Assembly: GCF_000146505.1 (NCBI RefSeq)
Contig: NC_017448.1
Span: 3,811,005-3,843,004, forward strand
Length of the DNA: 32,000 nucleotides
Origin: Fibrobacter succinogenes subsp. succinogenes S85
GTDB taxonomy: Bacteria > Fibrobacterota > Fibrobacteria > Fibrobacterales > Fibrobacteraceae
Direction: 5' to 3'
A program made the translations under genes and the position numbers. Below the pieces are notes generated by a model. It was not told the DNA's origin. It saw only the letters and a list, made by a program, of their open reading frames with translations, and made no database searches. Below are positions 1 through 6,442 of the stretch, piece by piece (the stretch's first letter is position 1; every line of letters starts with the position of its first letter).

Positions 1-1
1 T

Positions 2-574
2 GCTGTCGTTCGTTTAGATCCTGTATTAATAACGAATGAGCCACTGTGTTCTCAACCGGGGTATCGCTGTGTGCGTGATACTGTTTTCCATGATGTTCTT
101 CATAAAACATATCGAACAATTGCTCGTGACACAACATTCTTGAATTATGGTCCAAGAGCTTGGACGGATTATGTTCCTGCCATCAATGCGCCCGCATTTG
201 ATACGGTTACGTTCCGCAATGCGCTGGATACGCTTGACACGCAAAAGCCAATCTTTGGAATAGATACTTTGTTCTCAGGATATACCATTACGGTGGATGG
301 GTTGCCGGACTGGGCATCGAATAATACTAAATGTACGACGGTAGATTCTTCACGTATCTGTATTTATCAAGATATTCTTCGTCCAATATCAATGCTTACG
401 ACTTATCCAACGCTTTACAATAAAAAGCCATTCTATCTTTGGAATAATCTTGAATCGCCTTTGGAAAAAGACACTTTGATTACATGGAAATTGAGATATA
501 GATATTCCGGTGGTCATAATTTTGAAGGAAATCGCGACTCGTTAGAAATAACTACGCTCTTTAAGGGAATTTAG
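2..574 (+). CDS. 3' portion of a larger ORF of unknown function; the 5' end lies upstream of the window
   Basis: Frame 2 is open from nt 2, with no stop before the GTG at 71 used by the ORF track. Stop TAG is at 572-574. I recognise no motif. AT-rich. Confidence 0.5.
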   Translation, partial: AVVRLDPVLITNEPLCSQPGYRCVRDTVFHDVLHKTYRTIARDTTFLNYGPRAWTDYVPAINAPAFDTVTFRNALDTLDTQKPIFGIDTLFSGYTITVDGLPDWASNNTKCTTVDSSRICIYQDILRPISMLTTYPTLYNKKPFYLWNNLESPLEKDTLITWKLRYRYSGGHNFEGNRDSLEITTLFKGI

Positions 575-685
575 ACTTTGGTCGTTGGTTAATAGTCAAT
601 GGTTTTATAACCGCGCCATTGGCGCCAAACTAAAATCTACTGACTAAAGACTAATGACTAATAACTAAATTGTTATATTAGCAGC

Positions 686-952
686 ATGCTAAGTACATGT
701 TCAATTTGCAAAAAGGAATTTAATGACAAGGTGGGGATGTCCCCGATGGAAAGTAACCTTGCCATCCGTTATCGCAATAAAATCGGCAATATTTGCCCCG
801 ATTGTCAGGCCGAAATCCGCAAGACCAAGCAGGGGCGGTGGCGCCTTTTCTTCTGGAATGTGAAGGTGGCTCTCTATTGCTTGCGATTCCTTGCGCTTTT
901 TGCGCTCCCGTTTATTGCACTCGTTGTTGTTCTCGCTTTGTATGTATTGTAA
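686..952 (+). CDS. Small zinc-ribbon-like protein with a C-terminal transmembrane anchor
   Basis: 88 aa. CSIC (res 5-8) and CPDC (res 37-40) form a four-Cys pattern. A basic stretch is followed by a long hydrophobic tail (LRFLALFALPFIALVVVLALYVL). TATATT at 674-679 lies exactly 6 nt before the ATG. Confidence 0.5.
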   Translation: MLSTCSICKKEFNDKVGMSPMESNLAIRYRNKIGNICPDCQAEIRKTKQGRWRLFFWNVKVALYCLRFLALFALPFIALVVVLALYVL

Positions 953-1103
953 CTTGAACTTACTTATAGCTATTATTACCACTCAATAGTTGTTTATCAT
1001 TCGAGAAATGTTCTGGAAATATGGGAATGGAGGCTGTTCAGCTATTGCGAAATAAACTAAACATGAATAAGCCACAATTACAAAAAAGGACTAGGAAATA
1101 GGA

Positions 1104-1541
1104 ATGAAAAAAACAATAAATGTTATGAATCTTGTCGTTGCAACAATGATTTTTATGTGGATGGAAAGTCAAGATTTTTTTGTTCATTTTCTTGATGTCC
1201 CTTATATGTATGGACAAGTTGAATTGTTGTATCTTATTATTCTTAATTTGGTATTGTTAAATGTTTTTGAATTATCGCCTAAAATTTCGCTTGTATGCTC
1301 TGTTTTGATTATGTTGCTATTTCCGTTTACTGGAGGTCGATTCCGAGTTGACGGATGTAGTTACTATCTAGTTGTTGAAAAAATAATATGGAATATTATC
1401 GGCGTTCGTTTTGTGCTTCCAAGTGATTTGACTTATTTTATTGCCTATAGTTTGGTTCCTACTATTATCTATAGCATGTATTTACTTCTGTTCATTTTTG
1501 GTGCTGTTGCTGTATTTAGGAAAATGAAGGCTAAAGCTTAA
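1104..1541 (+). CDS. Small multi-pass membrane protein (about 4 hydrophobic segments), unknown function
   Basis: 145 aa, with a purine-rich AGGAAATAGGA just upstream of the ATG. Several hydrophobic stretches of 20 or more residues, and a basic C-terminus (FRKMKAKA). Confidence 0.5.
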   Translation: MKKTINVMNLVVATMIFMWMESQDFFVHFLDVPYMYGQVELLYLIILNLVLLNVFELSPKISLVCSVLIMLLFPFTGGRFRVDGCSYYLVVEKIIWNIIGVRFVLPSDLTYFIAYSLVPTIIYSMYLLLFIFGAVAVFRKMKAKA

Positions 1542-1617
1542 TCCACATCTGGGTTTAATACGATTCGTTGGTGTAATCTGCCTATTGATGTTGTGTCAAA
1601 CATCTAAAATAGTTGCC

Positions 1618-1815
1618 ATGAGAATATTTATATTTATTTTATTTCTTCTTGTGTTGCTAGGATGCTCACAAAGTGATGACGAAGCTCCAATTCAGATTGA
1701 AAACGCAAATTATATATTTGGTGTTGGAAAAAGGAGAACATCTTATTTAGAGGTATCAAATAAGTGTATTATTGTTGAAATTGATTTTCCAGAATTTAAT
1801 CTATGCAAACAATAA
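1618..1815 (+). CDS. Small putative lipoprotein (65 aa)
   Basis: The internal ATG at 1618 gives MRIFIFILFLLVLLGCSQ, a signal peptide plus lipobox L-L-G-C. The ORF-track start at 1585 adds a non-signal-like extension. Confidence 0.45.
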   Translation: MRIFIFILFLLVLLGCSQSDDEAPIQIENANYIFGVGKRRTSYLEVSNKCIIVEIDFPEFNLCKQ

Positions 1816-1896
1816 TTCTATATTAACCTTATGCCTTGCGTTTCGTTACAGAGAGTGCCCCAGAAATTTCAGGAGGAATCTTCTGATTTGGAAATG
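1816..1896 (+). repeat. 81-nt intergenic repeat, copy A (partner at 6253-6333)
   Basis: Hand alignment gives 69/81 identical positions to 6253-6333. It starts immediately after the stop of the preceding gene and contains TATATT-N6-ATG and AGGAGG. Confidence 0.85.
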
Positions 1897-1943
1897 TCGT
1901 AATTAAAGTGGGAAATTTTTGCAATTGAGAGGATGCTTACAAA

Positions 1944-2981
1944 ATGAAGTTGTGGAATAAATTGCTGAAAGTTTTTATTTTGTTTTCAGTGCTTAGTCTT
2001 TTGGGGTGTTTAAAAGATCAAAACATGCAAACAAAAGAAATTATAATTTTAAATTACAGAATAATTCCCCTAGATGTTTTTGTAAAAAACGAGGATTCTA
2101 TTTCTGTATTGGGGTATAGATTTTCAGACCTAGATGGTTATGCTTTTGTTCCTGTGACATTAAATTCTAATGATGATGGAAAAACTTGGAATTTGAAAGT
2201 ATTTCCTGATGCAAAAAATATGCCTCGTTTTTTTCGGTACTCAAAGTATATTTTTTTATATAATTATGAGAAAGAAAAAACAAAAGCTTCTGTTTATATA
2301 TCAGAGGATTCTGGGAATTCATGGAACTTGTTTGGAGAACAGGAACTACTCAATAGTGAAATGCCGATATTTGGCAATCTAGATGAAAAAAATCCTGAAG
2401 TTCATCAGATTAATAAAGTTATAGCTGATGATTCTTGGTATGTTGAGGAAAAACCTTTATATACAAATTTTATAGTTCGTAAAGGAAATCCTGCTTTTAC
2501 ATCACAAGTTGGGCGCATTAATCGTTTTGATGGCTCGTCCACTATTATTGATGTGAAACAAGATCTTCATTCTACATTGATGTTTTATGATGAAGAGAAT
2601 TATTGGATTTTAGGAAAAATATATCGTTCGGAACCTCGAAAAGCGAGCATAGTTCTTCTTAAATCTAATGGAAATCATGTTGAAAAGATTGGTGAATGGC
2701 GTAATTTGTCAGGCTCTAAGCATGCCTCAGATTCTCCAAAAGCAATTTTGGTGACGGATGAAATAATTGCATTTGCTGTTACGGGACCATTTTTGTCAGG
2801 TCCGACCGTATTAAGATATAGCATAGATAAAGGCTCTCATTGGGAAGAAATAGAACTGCCTACATCAGAAACCGTGCAACTTTCTTATGATGATATAAAT
2901 AAGAAGTTAGTTGTAGCGCTTGCGGATCAGCTTTATTTCCGATATATTGAAATAGCTATAGGGAGCATATTGATGAGATAG
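1944..2981 (+). CDS. BNR/Asp-box repeat lipoprotein (predicted beta-propeller-like), unknown function
   Basis: Signal peptide plus lipobox LSLLGC. Asp-box motifs S-x-D-x-G-x-(T/S)-W are SNDDGKTW (nt 2166 on), SEDSGNSW and SIDKGSHW. Confidence 0.7.
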   Translation: MKLWNKLLKVFILFSVLSLLGCLKDQNMQTKEIIILNYRIIPLDVFVKNEDSISVLGYRFSDLDGYAFVPVTLNSNDDGKTWNLKVFPDAKNMPRFFRYSKYIFLYNYEKEKTKASVYISEDSGNSWNLFGEQELLNSEMPIFGNLDEKNPEVHQINKVIADDSWYVEEKPLYTNFIVRKGNPAFTSQVGRINRFDGSSTIIDVKQDLHSTLMFYDEENYWILGKIYRSEPRKASIVLLKSNGNHVEKIGEWRNLSGSKHASDSPKAILVTDEIIAFAVTGPFLSGPTVLRYSIDKGSHWEEIELPTSETVQLSYDDINKKLVVALADQLYFRYIEIAIGSILMR

Positions 2982-3015
2982 ACTAATCGTATGAATTGGA
3001 TTCTAGGAAAATAAT

Positions 3016-3972
3016 ATGTTCAGATTTATAATGAAATATTCATGTTTGACCGAAATTAGACTTACGAAATTTGGCAAAATGATTTTTGCTGTCGGTTGCC
3101 TGTTTCCTATTGGAATTGCGATTCTTGTTCCGTTGCTTCTTTTATGCGGAATGAAGGTTAGGGAAATAGATGAAAGATGGATTAATGAAGGTGTTTCAGA
3201 TGTATTTGAAAAAAAGTCTTTTTCATATGATAAAGTAATTGTGTTTGCCAATGAAGTGACAATAAAGGATCATGCAAAGCAATACTCCATTATCGGATAC
3301 TTGGGAAAACAACGGCGGGTAAGTTTGAATACAAACGATGACGGTAAAACCTGGACGTTGACAGGTGCTGACACGGCAGTGTATTTTAATGAAAAAAAAG
3401 ATGAATGGAATAATTTTGGCGATGCCGTTTTAGGAGGAAAGTTTGGAGAAATATACGTGAGTAAACAAGATTCTTTTTCAAACGAAAAAACGATTATATT
3501 AGAAGAATTGAATGGTCCCAGTTCAAATTTGTCCGGCTATTGTCAAAGATGGGGAAAAATGTATGCCCAAAATAGCAACGACTGGGTTGTTTGTGGATAT
3601 GATGATGCGCCATCGTCAATCCATGAAGTTCGTATTATACATAGATCAGAAGGTGTATTTAAACTCCATACATCTTTTCCAAATAAATGGCACTTTTTTC
3701 GTTTAGAATATATGAAGCCATCGGATTTCTTTGTTAAAGGAAATCTAATGATTGGAATTTTTAGATTTCATATAGGAACAGGAACTTTACTTCACTATCT
3801 ATATTATAGCGTTAATGGGGGAGAAACATGGGAAAATGAAAAAATACCAGTTTTTTCACACGAACGCTTGTTGGTGACAAAAGATTCAATTGTTGTTCTC
3901 GGAATAACGGAAATACACGATGAAAAAAGGGCGAATGTCACCATTCTCTCAATGCCGATACCGAAAGAATAA
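3016..3972 (+). CDS. BNR/Asp-box repeat protein, membrane-anchored; paralog of 1944..2981
   Basis: Hydrophobic N-terminal segment (MIFAVGCLFPIGIAILVPLLLLCG). Asp-boxes TNDDGKTW and SVNGGETW sit at positions equivalent to those in the upstream protein, with matching flanks (LGY..., LxYS(I/V)). Confidence 0.65.
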   Translation: MFRFIMKYSCLTEIRLTKFGKMIFAVGCLFPIGIAILVPLLLLCGMKVREIDERWINEGVSDVFEKKSFSYDKVIVFANEVTIKDHAKQYSIIGYLGKQRRVSLNTNDDGKTWTLTGADTAVYFNEKKDEWNNFGDAVLGGKFGEIYVSKQDSFSNEKTIILEELNGPSSNLSGYCQRWGKMYAQNSNDWVVCGYDDAPSSIHEVRIIHRSEGVFKLHTSFPNKWHFFRLEYMKPSDFFVKGNLMIGIFRFHIGTGTLLHYLYYSVNGGETWENEKIPVFSHERLLVTKDSIVVLGITEIHDEKRANVTILSMPIPKE

Positions 3973-4052
3973 TCCTATATTAAAATTATGTCCTACTGAA
4001 AGATGAATCCTTCATTAATTATATATGCCCTATTAACCCTCCTTCTCGCGGC

Positions 4053-4517
4053 ATGCTCCAGCGAGGATGGGCCTGTGAAAACGGCCTGTTCTGTGGCTCG
4101 TTAAAAAGGTGCCAAAAATTCTGCATGGACCCAAAAGACAGTTCGTATGTGATGCTTACAGGATACCAAATTTTTAAAGGTAATCCAAAAAAGGAATTTA
4201 AAGAGTTTTTTCAGTTTGATTTTGAAGAATACGATGGCGGGATTACTTGGGTTAGTTCCGAAAATATTGCATGTACAGAAAGTGGTTATTCTATTGAAAT
4301 GATAGTGGGGTTTCTCAGGGAGACAGTTTACACAATAGATATTGATCGAGACGGAAATGTATCTTCGTCCCCAAAAATTAAAGGATGCTTGCAGCTTTAC
4401 GATATGGAATCTCATAAGCTGAAAAAAGTGGGGGACCACTGCAATGAGGTTTATTCTTCTTTTCCCAGGGATGAATTCTATCGATTTGTGCACAATAGAA
4501 CATCAGTTCAAGATTAA
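4053..4517 (+). CDS. Hypothetical protein; possibly the body of a frameshifted lipoprotein gene beginning at 4003
   Basis: 154-aa ORF in the track. A separate 33-codon ORF (4003-4104, other frame) encodes a textbook lipoprotein signal MNPSLIIYALLTLLLAAC and overlaps it. An alternative internal start is ATG 4125 (MDPKDSS...). Confidence 0.4.
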   Translation: MLQRGWACENGLFCGSLKRCQKFCMDPKDSSYVMLTGYQIFKGNPKKEFKEFFQFDFEEYDGGITWVSSENIACTESGYSIEMIVGFLRETVYTIDIDRDGNVSSSPKIKGCLQLYDMESHKLKKVGDHCNEVYSSFPRDEFYRFVHNRTSVQD

Positions 4518-4628
4518 TATTTAATTTTTAGCGTATGGTGGAATAACTAGTTTTTCTATTATACAGGTAGGATTGTAGAGTAAATCATAACGTCGGATTG
4601 CTTACCAAAAGAAAGGTCTCCAATAACT

Positions 4629-5279
4629 ATGCGATTACTTATAATATTGACTTTGCTACTTTGTGTCCTTGCAAATTCTCGATCCTATACAGTATTTGCA
4701 TTAAACGATGAATCTCGTTATTTCCGTCAGGATTCCGCCTTGATTGTTTCTTCAAAATTTATAGAAATAAAAACTCCTTTTGAAAAATCTATCATGGATA
4801 GAATTTTTTATGGAAAGACGCCTGTTCTTATAGATACGCTATCTAAGTTTGTAGAAAAAAAAGAATATGGACGATTGTTTGCTGATGGAAAGAACGTTTC
4901 GAGTCTATTTTATATTGATTCTATTTCTCTGGTTTATGATATAGGGGATTCATGCGAACAAGAGGATGGTTTCTGTACTGATTACGAAACTTTTATTGGA
5001 ATTGACGGAAGTTTGGTTTATGTCCAGACAGGGGACTTTATTAAACGTTCCGATCATCCGTATGATTGCGGTGATTTCTTAAAAAAAATATCGGCGCAAT
5101 ATTTTCTTGTGAAATCTGATTTTTATTACAAAAAGTTTTATAATGAAGATTTTCTAATTACGAATAAGAAAATGAAATCTCGTCGAGGTTTCAGTTGCAG
5201 GGGCTGGGTCGGTTTCCCTTTGAATGAGTTTGGAAAAGAAGAGATTGATTTTTTGAAAAAACTTGAGAAAACGCCATGA
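4629..5279 (+). CDS. Secreted hypothetical protein (signal peptide)
   Basis: N-terminus MRLLIILTLLLCVLANS. 216 aa, no motif I recognise. Its stop overlaps the next start (ATGA at 5276-5279). Confidence 0.6.
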   Translation: MRLLIILTLLLCVLANSRSYTVFALNDESRYFRQDSALIVSSKFIEIKTPFEKSIMDRIFYGKTPVLIDTLSKFVEKKEYGRLFADGKNVSSLFYIDSISLVYDIGDSCEQEDGFCTDYETFIGIDGSLVYVQTGDFIKRSDHPYDCGDFLKKISAQYFLVKSDFYYKKFYNEDFLITNKKMKSRRGFSCRGWVGFPLNEFGKEEIDFLKKLEKTP

Positions 5280-6220
5280 TGAAAAGAATAGTCTTGCTTC
5301 TACTGTTTTGCTTTTTTTCTGTTTTTGCAGAAGGTAAAAATATTCAATGCGGGTTTATACCTTGTCAAATCAAGGATGCCGAGGCAATCTCTTTTTGGTG
5401 GAATCGAATTGCTTTTTCTAGAATCTCACAAGAATATGTGTTTGGCAGGTATTTCGAAGCCATCTTTGATACGTTTATACGGACCGATTTTGATACTGAA
5501 AGTATAGAAAGTTTTCGATCTATAGACCATAAGTTTATTCACACGATAACAAAAAGTTGGTCGAGTCCTCTCGAGTTGGACGAAGTCAAAAAATCAAAAG
5601 ACAAAAAATTTATTTTACGGCAACCTGTAGCAGAATGGTCTCAGTTATATATTTTGTCAAAGGAAGTAAAAGAAATTGAGCAATTTTTGAAAAAAGTTGT
5701 TTCTGAACACGAAATTTTGAATGCGGATTCTCTTATGCGGGATTTTGTCAAAAAAAGGCCCGCATATGTCAAAAAAGCAGTGAGGTCGGAAGAAGAATTT
5801 TACGCAAAAATTCTACAGTATTTGGATTCGGCTAAAACATTGGATGGTTTATCGAAAAAAATTTCTCCTCCAAAGATAAATACTCGAGATGGATTGTTGG
5901 TGGTTAATAACGAGCTTTTGAAAATGGCTGTATTGGGTTCTGATTCCTTGGATGTGGATTCCTTGTTTCGCTATGTTAGCATGATACCTCCAAACAAGGG
6001 TTCAACGGCTTGCATTGATTATCTGATGAAGCTTAATTCGAAATTTTTGTTTGTCAAATTTGGGAGAGATCCCTTGTCTTGTGATGATTCAAAGCCCTGG
6101 ATAGCCATCAGTAAAAAAGCCCTTACACCGGAAGAAAGAGCATTTTTAGATGGCATTGTGAAAGTACCTTTAGCACCGTTGAACGAAACAGGAAAACTCA
6201 TCATTCGTAAGAATTTGTAA
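5276..6220 (+). CDS. Secreted hypothetical protein (signal peptide)
   Basis: N-terminus MMKRIVLLLLFCFFSVFAEG. 314 aa. Translationally coupled to the upstream ORF through the ATGA overlap. Confidence 0.6.
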   Translation: MMKRIVLLLLFCFFSVFAEGKNIQCGFIPCQIKDAEAISFWWNRIAFSRISQEYVFGRYFEAIFDTFIRTDFDTESIESFRSIDHKFIHTITKSWSSPLELDEVKKSKDKKFILRQPVAEWSQLYILSKEVKEIEQFLKKVVSEHEILNADSLMRDFVKKRPAYVKKAVRSEEEFYAKILQYLDSAKTLDGLSKKISPPKINTRDGLLVVNNELLKMAVLGSDSLDVDSLFRYVSMIPPNKGSTACIDYLMKLNSKFLFVKFGRDPLSCDDSKPWIAISKKALTPEERAFLDGIVKVPLAPLNETGKLIIRKNL

Positions 6221-6252
6221 TATTTTTTAACTGCTTACGGTTGAAAAAATAG

Positions 6253-6333
6253 TCCTATATTAACTCTATGCCCTGCGTTTCATTACAGAGAAAACCCAAA
6301 AAATTTCAGGAGGAATCTTCTGATTTAGAAACG
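6253..6333 (+). repeat. 81-nt intergenic repeat, copy B (partner at 1816-1896)
   Basis: 69/81 identical to copy A. Here the mini-ORF starting at 6268 runs on to 6426 (52 codons), ending 17 nt before the dxs-like start. Confidence 0.85.
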
Positions 6334-6442
6334 CAGCTGCTTGAGTTGGTGGTTGGCTTTATTTGTCAACCATTGAAAAATTTTTTTGCGAAACTTTTTG
6401 TATATATTACTAAAGGTCACCTTTAAAAATAGTTTGGTTCCT

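Noticed and set aside
641-669. Apparent short tandem GACTAA/ACTAA repeats (CTGACTAAAGACTAATGACTAATAACTAAA) and a 5-bp GC stem at 613-625
   Set aside because: The repeats are too short and degenerate to call a repeat array or CRISPR. They are most simply stop-rich AT-rich spacer sequence. The stem lacks a T-tract, so I do not call a terminator.
6386-6442. ORF-track N-terminal extensions at 6386, 12114, 14030, 19006, 21563, 24740, 29851, 28090 (-) and 1585
   Set aside because: In each case an internal ATG reproduces the canonical family N-terminus or signal peptide and removes overlap with the upstream gene. The extensions add non-homologous residues.
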